29,965 nt of DNA from Bacteroidales bacterium (GTDB lineage Bacteria; Bacteroidota; Bacteroidia; Bacteroidales; VadinHA17): NCBI GenBank assembly GCA_029935275.1, contig JAOZKQ010000001.1:1-29965 (forward strand), read 5' to 3'. Positions 1-8,544 of this stretch are shown piece after piece. The notes below the pieces were generated by a model. The model searched no databases and was not told the origin of the DNA. It saw only the letters and a list, made by a program, of their open reading frames with translations. The position numbers and the translations under genes are program-made. Positions within the stretch are counted from its first letter, which is position 1. Each line of letters begins with the position of its first letter.

Positions 1-250
1 TATTATCATAGCCAGCACCTGCACGAACCACAATTTTCAAATTATTTGCAGCGGCTAAAACTTCGGCAGTAACTTTATCACTCCTTATAATCAATGCATC
101 TACCTCCGCAACTGCCTCAAGCAATTGATTATTATCTTCATATTTCTCAAGTAAACCCATTTCATACCCGGCCTTATTAAAAACCTTCTCAATCTCCGCA
201 ACGGCCTCAGGAGCAAAAGGTTTAACTGTAGCAACCAATACTTTTTTCAT
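1..250 (-). CDS. serA: D-3-phosphoglycerate dehydrogenase / D-2-hydroxyacid dehydrogenase, N-terminal part (runs off the window start)
   Basis: Not in the ORF track. Manual translation from ATG at 250: MKKVLVATVKPFAPEAVAEIEKVFNKAGYE...VDALIIRSDKVTAEVLAAANNLKIVVRAGAGYDN. The IVRAGAGYDN motif is typical of PGDH, and the gene lies 37 bp downstream of serC on the same strand. Confidence 0.88.
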   Translation of the reverse strand, partial: MKKVLVATVKPFAPEAVAEIEKVFNKAGYEMGLLEKYEDNNQLLEAVAEVDALIIRSDKVTAEVLAAANNLKIVVRAGAGYDN

Positions 251-287
251 TATATTTATTTTTAATAATTTACTAAACAAATTTACA

Positions 288-1361
288 TTAGGCTTTTGCA
301 GCTTCAAATTCCTGCATTGTAGCAATCAGGGCTTCCACACTTTCTCTTGGAAGCGCATTATAAGTAGATGCACGGAAGCCTCCTACAGATCGGTGGCCTT
401 TGATGCCAACCATTCCTTTGCTGATAGCAAAATCAAGAAATTCCTTTTCATATTCGGCATATTCATCTTCCATAACCCAGCAGACATTCATTATTGACCT
501 GTCTTCTTTATTAATGACAGTTCCTTTAAAAAGCTTGTTTCTTTCAATTTCGTAATAAAGTAATGCTGCTTTTTCCTTATTGTATTTATTCATTGCAACA
601 ACCCCACCCCGGTCTTTCAGCCAACGCAAAGTCTGTAAAGCAGCAAAAATAGGCAGTACTGGAGGTGTATTGAACATAGATTCTTTATCAATCTGGGTAC
701 GATAATCAAGAATAGTTGGGATTGGTCTGTCCACCTTTCCAAGAATATCCTCCCTTATGATTATAAAAGTAACCCCGGCAGGTGCCAGATTCTTTTGTGC
801 ACCGCCATAAATTAGTGCATACTTTGAAACATCTACCGGACGACTAAAGATATCAGATGACATGTCAGCTATAAGCGGAATATCGCAATCCATATCTTCA
901 GTTATTTCTGTTCCGTAAATTGTATTATTAGTGGTAATATGAAAATAATCGGCATCATCCGGGACTGAATAATTCTTTGGAATATAGTTATAAATAGTAT
1001 CCTTAGATGAAGCAACTTCTACTACCTCACCATATATCTTAGCTTCTTTAATGGCTTTGGCTGCCCAGGCACCTGTATTTAAATACGCCGATTTACTTTT
1101 CATCAGGTTCATAGGAATCATAGCAAATTGTGTACTGGCCCCTCCCCCAAGGAAAAGTACACGATACCCTTCAGGGATATTTAAAAGTTCCTTAAACAAT
1201 TCTTGTGCTTCTTCAATTACAGCAACAAATTCTTTGCTACGATGTGAAACTTCCATAACTGAAAGACCCGTTCCGGCAAAATCCCTAACCCCCTCAATAA
1301 CTTTATCAATCGTATATTGAGAAAGAATAGATGGACCTGCGGAGAAGTTGTGTTTTTTCAT
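288..1361 (-). CDS. serC: 3-phosphoserine/phosphohydroxythreonine aminotransferase
   Basis: N-terminal [26 protein letters not shown]-lysine motif [18 protein letters not shown] and C-terminal [15 protein letters not shown]; 357 aa. Confidence 0.97.
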   Translation of the reverse strand: MKKHNFSAGPSILSQYTIDKVIEGVRDFAGTGLSVMEVSHRSKEFVAVIEEAQELFKELLNIPEGYRVLFLGGGASTQFAMIPMNLMKSKSAYLNTGAWAAKAIKEAKIYGEVVEVASSKDTIYNYIPKNYSVPDDADYFHITTNNTIYGTEITEDMDCDIPLIADMSSDIFSRPVDVSKYALIYGGAQKNLAPAGVTFIIIREDILGKVDRPIPTILDYRTQIDKESMFNTPPVLPIFAALQTLRWLKDRGGVVAMNKYNKEKAALLYYEIERNKLFKGTVINKEDRSIMNVCWVMEDEYAEYEKEFLDFAISKGMVGIKGHRSVGGFRASTYNALPRESVEALIATMQEFEAAKA

Positions 1362-1481
1362 ATTCGAATAAATTTATAAACTATTAATAATAATATCGAC
1401 AAATGTTCTAAAAAAATATCTAACTTAAGCTGTAAGAAAAACATGACACGAAAAGATACCCGTTATTTTCTTAACAGGTGA

Positions 1482-1489
1482 CAAATTTA
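1482..1489 (-). promoter_or_regulatory. Bacteroidota housekeeping sigma -7 element (TAAATTTG) for serC-serA
   Basis: Perfect TAnnTTTG on the minus strand ~120 bp upstream of the serC ATG. A weaker AACATTTG lies closer, at 1400-1407. Confidence 0.5.
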
Positions 1490-1811
1490 AGTTTTTATTG
1501 TGTACTTTTTAAGGATTTAAGAACTCTTTATTCGATTTTTTCTAACAATCTTATAAACAATATTCTTTAAAAGAGAAAGGTGGAATCCTCCTTCTAAGTT
1601 TATTTTGATGAAAAGGCATGATTAGATGCTAATTCTCATGAGTATTTTGGATAGAAAGAATCAATATTGAAACTGATAAGTCCATTCATTAGCATTCTAC
1701 TTATCATACTGGTATATCCCTATGTGAGAGTTAATCTAAGGTCAATCTTCAACTCATTGATGAATTGCTTTGGCTCATTTGAAAATAAATTCAGGTAGAA
1801 TCCAAACAGTA

Positions 1812-2915
1812 TTAAGCTTTGTATATTGGCAACTTAACAAGCTCTGCCTTTAGAGTTTTATTTCTAATCTTTAAAAAGATAGTGGTTCCTGGTTTCCAGT
1901 AAGGTTTAATAAGATAAGCCATTCCAATACCCTTTTTCATCATTGGAGACATTGTACCTGAAGTAACTTCACCAATCTTTTCGTCATTTTCATTAACTAC
2001 CTCATAATGTTGCCTTGGAATTCCACGATCAATCATTACAAAACCCTTTAATCTTTTTGAAACACCCTCTTCCTTTTGCTTTAAAAAAAGGCCCTTATCA
2101 ATAAAATCCTTATCATCGGTAAATTTTGTTATCCAACCTAAACCAGCTTCAATTGGAGATGTTTCATCATTAATATCATTTCCATAGAGGCAATAGCCCA
2201 TTTCAAGTCTTAATGTATCCCTTGCCCCAAGTCCGGCAGGCTTAATACCAAATTCTTTGCCTGCTTCAAAAATAGCATTCCACAGTTTTACCGCATCTTC
2301 ATTTCTTACATAAACCTCACAACCACCAGCTCCCGTGTAGCCTGTAGTAGAGAATAGTACATCTTTTATCCCTGCAAAATCAATAAGTTTGTAAGTATAA
2401 AACTCCATATCACTTACATTTTCTGAAGTCAGTTTTTGCATTAGCGCTAAAGCCTTAGGCCCCTGGATAGCTAACTGAGCAATATTGTCAGAGTCATTTA
2501 TCAGTTCACTACCTACTTTAAGGCCAAATGCTTCCGCTTGTTTCACGAGCCAATTCCAGTCTTTCTCAATATTGGCAGCATTTATTACCAACAGATAATC
2601 ATTTTCAGCCATACGGTAAACCAACAAATCATCCACAATACCACCTTCCCCATTCGGGAAACAAGAATATTGTACTTTACCATCCGTAAGGCTTGCCACA
2701 TTGTTGGTTGTTACAAATTGTAAAAAGTCAAGTGATTTAGTTCCCTTAACAAGCACTTCGCCCATATGGGAAACATCAAAAACCCCAACATTTTCTCTAA
2801 CATTTACATGTTCATTGGTTATCCCGGTATATTCTACGGGCATTAAATATCCGGCAAAAGGAACCATTTTAGCTCCCAGTTGTTTATGAATTTCAGTAAA
2901 TGGGGTTGTTTTCAT
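1812..2915 (-). CDS. gcvT: Glycine cleavage system aminomethyltransferase T
   Basis: MKTTPFTEIH...MVPFAGYLMPVEY, GVFDVSHMGE, LAIQGPKA, TTGYTGAGGCE, GLGARDTLRLEMGYCLYGNDI, IGEVTSGTMSP; 367 aa. Confidence 0.97.
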   Translation of the reverse strand: MKTTPFTEIHKQLGAKMVPFAGYLMPVEYTGITNEHVNVRENVGVFDVSHMGEVLVKGTKSLDFLQFVTTNNVASLTDGKVQYSCFPNGEGGIVDDLLVYRMAENDYLLVINAANIEKDWNWLVKQAEAFGLKVGSELINDSDNIAQLAIQGPKALALMQKLTSENVSDMEFYTYKLIDFAGIKDVLFSTTGYTGAGGCEVYVRNEDAVKLWNAIFEAGKEFGIKPAGLGARDTLRLEMGYCLYGNDINDETSPIEAGLGWITKFTDDKDFIDKGLFLKQKEEGVSKRLKGFVMIDRGIPRQHYEVVNENDEKIGEVTSGTMSPMMKKGIGMAYLIKPYWKPGTTIFLKIRNKTLKAELVKLPIYKA

Positions 2916-2969
2916 TATTTATCTTATTATTTTTACCTTAAATTTTAAGAAAGTTTATAAAACTTCCTG

Positions 2970-2977
2970 CAAATGTA
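2970..2977 (-). promoter_or_regulatory. Bacteroidota -7 element (TACATTTG) for gcvT
   Basis: Perfect TAnnTTTG 55 bp upstream of the gcvT ATG, followed by CAGG. Confidence 0.6.
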
Positions 2978-3153
2978 TAACTTTTGATATTTTATTATTT
3001 AGATCTTTTGGAAAATTTTGAACCGTCAATAAATTTTTATAATCTTAATAAAATGAAACGAAAACGAAAATCTAATTAATAAACTTACACACAAGTATAT
3101 GATTGAGATTTCTTAAGAGTTCCATCTGAATAATTAAAACAAATTATAAACAC

Positions 3154-3894
3154 ATGAGATACATATTTATTTTTGGCATTAGCTTATTCATACTATTTGC
3201 ATCCTGTAAGAAGGATGAAACAACACCTGAGCCAATAACAAAAGCTAATATAACAGGAACTGTTAAACTTTTTGATGAAAGCACAACAGAACTAAATAGA
3301 GATGGAATGATCATCTCAATTGATGGAAGTGATCCTGTCATATCAACAATTAGCAACACAGACGGAACCTTCACTTTTGAAAATATTGAATATGGCAATT
3401 ATGATCTTGGCTATAGCAAAACAGGATTCGGAACATATAAAATATTTGGTATAATACATTCAGGAGGAACATGCGGCTGCAGCACCACAATTACTGAGAC
3501 ACCTTCATTAGGGATGAAATCTACCACCCGTATCAACAGCATATCGACTAATACTTCCGGGCAGAATGTAAGCATCTCTTTAAGTACCACTCCTGCTTCA
3601 AGTGCTGAAATTCCCAGATATATCAGATTATTTTTAAGTACAGAATCTACAGTCAGCTATAAATATTATTCCAGCTTTACAGAAATTAATGAAATAAAAT
3701 CTGAGCCTGCTGAAATAATATTAAGTATGTCAGATTTGAATAAATTTGGTTTTAATAAAGGCACTACGGTTTACCTGGTAGCTTATGGTGATTCTTTCCA
3801 GAGTAATGAATACCTGGATCCTAATCAGAATAAAACCATTTTTCCAAATATAAATACAAAATCACCCAGCCCGGTTTCATTTGTTGTTCCATAA
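3154..3894 (+). CDS. Surface lipoprotein with a carboxypeptidase-regulatory-like (prealbumin-like beta-sandwich) domain
   Basis: Signal peptide II MRYIFIFGISLFILFAS-C18 followed by KKDE. The segment ANITGTVKLFDE...SNTDGTFTFENIEYGNYDLGYSKTGF fits the carboxypeptidase-regulatory-like pattern. The C-terminal half is unassigned. Confidence 0.75.
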   Translation: MRYIFIFGISLFILFASCKKDETTPEPITKANITGTVKLFDESTTELNRDGMIISIDGSDPVISTISNTDGTFTFENIEYGNYDLGYSKTGFGTYKIFGIIHSGGTCGCSTTITETPSLGMKSTTRINSISTNTSGQNVSISLSTTPASSAEIPRYIRLFLSTESTVSYKYYSSFTEINEIKSEPAEIILSMSDLNKFGFNKGTTVYLVAYGDSFQSNEYLDPNQNKTIFPNINTKSPSPVSFVVP

Positions 3895-3917
3895 TAGTTT
3901 TTCAAGCTTTAAATTTT

Positions 3918-4817
3918 ATGTCTGAGAAAGAACTATACAAACGCTTGCTTGAAGCCTATTCAGATAAAAACCTTAATAAGATTACGGCAAAACTAATCCA
4001 CCTCTACAAATCCAGGCAGTTTGGTCTTATCAGGGAAATCTCAAATAATATTTCTGCATTTATTAGCTGTGATACAGAAAAAATAAACAAATGTTTTTCA
4101 AAGCTCGTTATGTTATATCATCCGGACAGGGGCTCTGTTTACAGAATTGAAATTGAAGATAATTTTCACTCCGGCAATCACAAAAAGCAACATCAACTAT
4201 CTCATATTTTCCTCATTGAATATCTAAAAGATCTTCAGGATGAGGATATTATAATATCAGATGATATCGACTATTCACCTGAATACGGATGGGAAGAAGA
4301 CCTGGATGGTTACACCTATTTCACAGATCAGGATTTGACACATATTGAAGACATTAATTTCAATGTTGAGACAAGACCTGAAAAAGTCTCATTTCTAAAT
4401 GCAATCAAGAGAAAGATATTTGGAAATTCAGATATTGAAATCCCAACATTTTATCTTGAGAATTATGAAGAAATTGAAATTGCTGATTACGAAATCAGTA
4501 ATCTTGAAGGAATAGAACTCTGCAGGCATGTTAAGCGCATTGACCTTAGTGGCAATAATATTATTAACCTCTCCGGACTAAGATCACTTACAAAACTGGA
4601 AGAAATATATTTAGCCGATAACAAAATCATGGATATTCTACATTTAATTAACCTTAAAAATTTAAAAATCCTGGACCTTTCCAATAATCAGATTAAGGAC
4701 ATTTCTTCTCTTTTAAAGCTTAATAAACTTGAGTATGTGAATCTTTCTGGTAATAATATTGCAACTGAACAACTTAAGATTCTTCAAAAATCAGGCTGCA
4801 TTGTTATTTTCAATTAA
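3918..4817 (+). CDS. Cytoplasmic leucine-rich-repeat protein with an N-terminal J-domain-like HPD motif and an acidic linker
   Basis: KINKCFSKLVMLYHPDRG (HPD at 4119-4127), D/E-rich aa ~105-145, and four 22-aa LRRs starting at aa 196, 218, 240 and 262. No signal peptide. Confidence 0.8.
   Translation: MSEKELYKRLLEAYSDKNLNKITAKLIHLYKSRQFGLIREISNNISAFISCDTEKINKCFSKLVMLYHPDRGSVYRIEIEDNFHSGNHKKQHQLSHIFLIEYLKDLQDEDIIISDDIDYSPEYGWEEDLDGYTYFTDQDLTHIEDINFNVETRPEKVSFLNAIKRKIFGNSDIEIPTFYLENYEEIEIADYEISNLEGIELCRHVKRIDLSGNNIINLSGLRSLTKLEEIYLADNKIMDILHLINLKNLKILDLSNNQIKDISSLLKLNKLEYVNLSGNNIATEQLKILQKSGCIVIFN
4503..4766 (+). repeat. Four tandem 22-aa (66-bp) leucine-rich repeats, SDS22/internalin-like
   Basis: LEGIELCRHVKRIDLSGNNIIN / LSGLRSLTKLEEIYLADNKIMD / ILHLINLKNLKILDLSNNQIKD / ISSLLKLNKLEYVNLSGNNIAT. 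All fit the LxxLxLxxNxI consensus or its conservative I/V variants. Confidence 0.92.
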
Positions 4818-4837
4818 GACTGAATTTTTAAAGACTT

Positions 4838-4877
4838 TTTTAAAATTCCTGGAAGGAATAATTCGGGGATTTTAAAA
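4838..4877 (+). other. RNA stem-loop between the LRR gene and the Hpt gene (possible weak terminator or processing/stability element)
   Basis: TTTTAAAATTCCTGGA (4838-4853) pairs with TTCGGGGATTTTAAAA (4862-4877) using three G:U pairs, which form only on the plus-strand transcript. No U-tract follows. Confidence 0.35.
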
Positions 4878-4964
4878 CCAATCAAAAAAATTAGTTTGTT
4901 GATTTAAAAAAATATCGTATTTTTATTGATTAATTTTCTGTTTAAAACCCTATTAACAACTGCC

Positions 4965-5321
4965 TTGTCAAATCAAAATAAAATAACTGATCTAACATAC
5001 CTGCTTGATGTAGCTGGTGATAACCCTGATATTATAAAAGAGATGATTACAATATTTACATCTCAGGTGCCCGAATTTATTGAAGAAATGAATTCTTGTT
5101 ATAAAAAAGCTGATTGGTATAATCTAAGCATGATTGCCCACAAAGCAAAATCATCTGTCGCTATTATGGGGATGCACGGTCAGGCAAACGCATTAAAAGA
5201 TCTTGAGCTACTCACTAAAGATCAAAAAGAGATTGATAAATATGAAGGAATAATCAGCCAATTTGCGATTGACTGTAAAATTGCTCTTACTGAACTGGAA
5301 TCTTTTAAAAATAAATTATAA
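4965..5321 (+). CDS. Stand-alone Hpt (histidine phosphotransfer) domain protein
   Basis: TDLTYLLDVAGDNPDIIKEMITIFTSQVPEFIEEM...LSMIAHKAKSSVAIMG, with the phospho-His motif AHKxKSS. The likely start is TTG 4965; the ORF track uses TTG 4926, and the first ATG (5043) would cut into the first helix. Confidence 0.87.
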   Translation: MSNQNKITDLTYLLDVAGDNPDIIKEMITIFTSQVPEFIEEMNSCYKKADWYNLSMIAHKAKSSVAIMGMHGQANALKDLELLTKDQKEIDKYEGIISQFAIDCKIALTELESFKNKL

Positions 5322-5332
5322 ATAAGTTGATT

Positions 5333-5680
5333 ATGAATATAATTCATTCGAAAAAAATCAATGATGTGACTGTTGCCTCTTTTGATGAGAGTATTACCAA
5401 GTTTAATGCAATGATCACAGAAGAAACAAAAATAGCACTTAATGATCTTTTCAAGCAAACTGGCACGCAGGTTATTATGGATCTGAAAGGGATAAAATAT
5501 ATTGACAGCTCAGGTTTTGGTGTATTTCTATCGGCTTTGAAAACAGCTAAAAATAGTGATGGAACCTTCAAGATTTGCCATATAAACCCAGATGTCATGG
5601 AGCTTTTCAAACTTCTTCAGCTTCATAATATTTTTGAGCTCTGTAATACCCTGGAGGAGTGCTTAAAAAGCCCCCATTAA
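5333..5680 (+). CDS. STAS-domain anti-sigma-factor antagonist (SpoIIAA/RsbV-like)
   Basis: VIMDLKGIKYIDSSGFGVFLSALK, with the phosphoacceptor DSSG at 5504-5515, and VMELFKLLQLHNIF. ATG 5333 is 11 bp after the Hpt stop; the track start is TTG 5327. Confidence 0.9.
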   Translation: MNIIHSKKINDVTVASFDESITKFNAMITEETKIALNDLFKQTGTQVIMDLKGIKYIDSSGFGVFLSALKTAKNSDGTFKICHINPDVMELFKLLQLHNIFELCNTLEECLKSPH

Positions 5681-5774
5681 AAAACTTTAAAGACTTAGCT
5701 AAGCCCACCCTCCATACAGGTAATTTTTAAGCATTATATCCTATATATTACAGGCCGTATTTTCCATCCGGATA

Positions 5775-8369
5775 TCAGGTATCTGAACTAAACCTTAAGT
5801 GATCATTCTCAAGATCTACTATTATTTTCTTTGACTTTCCAATCTTTCCGGAAATTATATCCCTCGATAATTCATTTAGGAGTTTCCGTTGAATAACTCT
5901 TTTAATGGGTCGTGCTCCAAATTGCGGATCAAAACCCATTTCAGCAAGATAATCCAGTGCAGGTTTTGTAACTTCAAGACTAATCCCATTTTTCTCAAGC
6001 CTGTGCTTTATACCAGTTACCTGCATTTTTACAATCTCTTTAACATCCTCCATTGTTAGAGGCAGAAACATAATAATTTCATCAATACGATTTAAAAACT
6101 CCGGTCTGATGGTTTGTTTTAACAATAGGTCGATCTCATCTCTGGTTTGCATAATAATTTCCTCCCTGTTTTCAGGCCTTAGCTTTGCTATATTCTCCTG
6201 AATAATGTGAGAGCCAATATTTGAAGTCATTATAATAATGGAATTCTTGAAATTCACAAGCCTCCCTTTATTATCTGTCAAACGTCCATCATCCAACACC
6301 TGTAAAAGGATATTAAACACATCGGGATGAGCCTTCTCAATTTCATCAAGTAAAATAACCGAATAGGGCTTTCTCCTCACTGCTTCAGTTAACTGACCTC
6401 CTTCATCATAGCCCACATAACCGGGAGGTGCACCAACCAATCTTGAAACAGAGTGCCTTTCCTGGTACTCTGACATATCAATCCTAGTCATTAAATTCTC
6501 ATCATTAAACAAAAATTCTGCTAAAGCCTTAGCAAGCTCTGTTTTACCGACACCTGTTGTTCCCATAAAAATAAAAGAGCCAATGGGCCTGTTCATATCC
6601 TGCAAGCCGGCCCTGTTACGTCTAACTGCATCTGATACAGCAGCTATTGCTTCATCCTGACCAACCACCCTCTTGTGAAGTTCCTTTTCCAGGCTTAATA
6701 ACTTGTCTCTTTCACTTTTTAACATACTTTGAACCGGAATTCCTGTCCATTTGGAAACGACTTCAGCAATATCCTCATAACCAACTTCTTCGCGAATCAT
6801 GGATGAACCGCCCTGCATCTTAATAAGTTCTTCCTGTAGAAGAGAATTTTCATCTTCTATCTCACCTATTTTGCCATACCTAATCTCAGCGACACGACCA
6901 TAGTCACCTTCTCTTTCAGACTGTTCAGCTTCCAATTTTAAATCCTCGACAAGCTGTTTATTCTTCTGAATATTATCAATGATACCTTTTTCAGACTGCC
7001 ATTTAGCCCTCAACTTGTTATTTTCCTCATTCATTTCAGCAATGGTGCGATTCAGTTTTCCCAATCTTTCAGGATCTTTTTCCCTTTTTATGGCTTCCCG
7101 TTCAATCTCCAATTGCTTGATAGCTCGCTGAATCTCATCAATCTCTAAGGGAACAGAATTCATTTCTAAACGTAAGCTGGAAGCTGCTTCATCAATAAGA
7201 TCAATAGCCTTGTCAGGTAAGAAACGATCGGTAATATACCGGTCAGACAGTTCTGTTGCAGCAATAATAGCCTCATCCAGGATCCTTACTTTATGATGAT
7301 TTTCATATCTTTCTTTCAAACCTCTTAAAATGGAAATTGCACTGGTAACATCCGGTTCATTGACCATTACTTTTTGGAATCTTCGCTCCAGTGCTTTATC
7401 CTTTTCGAAAAATTTTTGATATTCATCCAGGGTTGTGGCTCCAATAGCTCTCAATTCACCTCTGGCAAGGGCTGGTTTTAAAATATTGGCAGCATCCATT
7501 GCTCCTTCCCCTTTTCCAGCGCCTACTAAAGTGTGAATTTCATCAATAAAAAGAACGACCTCACCCTGTGAAGAAATCACTTCTTTAACAACGGCCTTTA
7601 GCCGCTCTTCAAACTCGCCTTTATACTTAGCTCCTGCTATCAGGGCTCCCATATCAAGTGAAAATACCTGTTTCGATTTTAAGTTCTCAGGCACATCCCC
7701 ACGAATAATTCTATGAGCAAGACCCTCAGCAATAGCAGTTTTACCTACTCCAGGCTCACCTATTAAAATAGGATTGTTTTTTGTTCTTCTTGAAAGTATC
7801 TGCAATATCCTTCGTATTTCCTCATCTCGGCCAATAACAGGATCAAGTTTTCCTAAACTGGCTAATTCATTCAGATTTATCGCAAAACGATTCAGGGAAT
7901 TAAAAGAATTCTCAGCTGACTGGCTATCAACTTTTGACCCCTTTCGTAATTCATTAATGGCTAATTTCAATTCCTTTTCGGTAATACCACTATCCTTCAT
8001 CATTTGCGAAACCTGATCACCACTTGCTAAAACCCCAAGGTATAATAACTCAAGTGAAACATACTGATCACCAAATTCTTTTGAATAGTTCACTGCTTTT
8101 TGTAAACTTCGGTTTGCATCCCTTGATAAATATGGTTCACCACCAGAAACTTTGGGATACGATTTAATCAGCTCATTAATAGCAGCCTCAAAAACAGGAA
8201 TATTTACACCTAGCTTTTTAAAAAGAAAACTACTTATATTTTCTCCCTGAATCATGGTGCCTTTTAGTATATGGCCATTCTCAATAGCCTGTTGCTTATT
8301 ACCTTCAGCTATTGTAAAAGCCTGCTGAATGGCCTCCTGTGCTTTTATAGTAAAATTATTCAAATTCAT
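5775..8369 (-). CDS. clpB: ATP-dependent disaggregase ClpB
   Basis: Clp N-domain, [12 protein letters not shown], Walker A1 GEPGVGKT, Walker B LFIDEIH, long M-domain coiled coil, Walker A2 [37 protein letters not shown]; 864 aa. Confidence 0.98.
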   Translation of the reverse strand: MNLNNFTIKAQEAIQQAFTIAEGNKQQAIENGHILKGTMIQGENISSFLFKKLGVNIPVFEAAINELIKSYPKVSGGEPYLSRDANRSLQKAVNYSKEFGDQYVSLELLYLGVLASGDQVSQMMKDSGITEKELKLAINELRKGSKVDSQSAENSFNSLNRFAINLNELASLGKLDPVIGRDEEIRRILQILSRRTKNNPILIGEPGVGKTAIAEGLAHRIIRGDVPENLKSKQVFSLDMGALIAGAKYKGEFEERLKAVVKEVISSQGEVVLFIDEIHTLVGAGKGEGAMDAANILKPALARGELRAIGATTLDEYQKFFEKDKALERRFQKVMVNEPDVTSAISILRGLKERYENHHKVRILDEAIIAATELSDRYITDRFLPDKAIDLIDEAASSLRLEMNSVPLEIDEIQRAIKQLEIEREAIKREKDPERLGKLNRTIAEMNEENNKLRAKWQSEKGIIDNIQKNKQLVEDLKLEAEQSEREGDYGRVAEIRYGKIGEIEDENSLLQEELIKMQGGSSMIREEVGYEDIAEVVSKWTGIPVQSMLKSERDKLLSLEKELHKRVVGQDEAIAAVSDAVRRNRAGLQDMNRPIGSFIFMGTTGVGKTELAKALAEFLFNDENLMTRIDMSEYQERHSVSRLVGAPPGYVGYDEGGQLTEAVRRKPYSVILLDEIEKAHPDVFNILLQVLDDGRLTDNKGRLVNFKNSIIIMTSNIGSHIIQENIAKLRPENREEIIMQTRDEIDLLLKQTIRPEFLNRIDEIIMFLPLTMEDVKEIVKMQVTGIKHRLEKNGISLEVTKPALDYLAEMGFDPQFGARPIKRVIQRKLLNELSRDIISGKIGKSKKIIVDLENDHLRFSSDT

Positions 8370-8455
8370 ATTTTTGCTGTTTCAATAAATTATTATTATT
8401 TTTATAAATATCTTTTGACAAAAAATGCACCAAAAGATACCCCAACCCCCATTTA

Positions 8456-8499
8456 TGCCATAACGTCACCCAATTCAGCATTTTACTGACATTTTGTCA
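8456..8499. promoter_or_regulatory. Candidate operator(s) in the clpB / aspartyl-protease divergent promoter region
   Basis: Perfect palindrome TGACA-TTT-TGTCA (8487-8499) and a degenerate copy TGCCA-TAA-CGTCA (8456-8468), 31 bp apart. The regulator is unknown. Confidence 0.4.
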
Positions 8500-8544
8500 C
8501 TTTTTTATTATTAACAATATATTTATAAGAGCTTTTAAAAAAAT

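Noticed and set aside
1500-1811. Hidden sRNA, small ORF or terminator in the long gcvT-serC gap
   Set aside because: Only very short ORFs are present (the longest I translated was 23 aa, MISRMLMNG..., minus strand), plus a weak bulged stem near 1572-1595. Nothing recognisable.
2916-3153. Glycine riboswitch upstream of gcvT
   Set aside because: The -7 element lies only 55 bp upstream of the ATG. The region is very AT-rich and lacks the GGAGA...CCGAAG and CTCTCAGG aptamer motifs.
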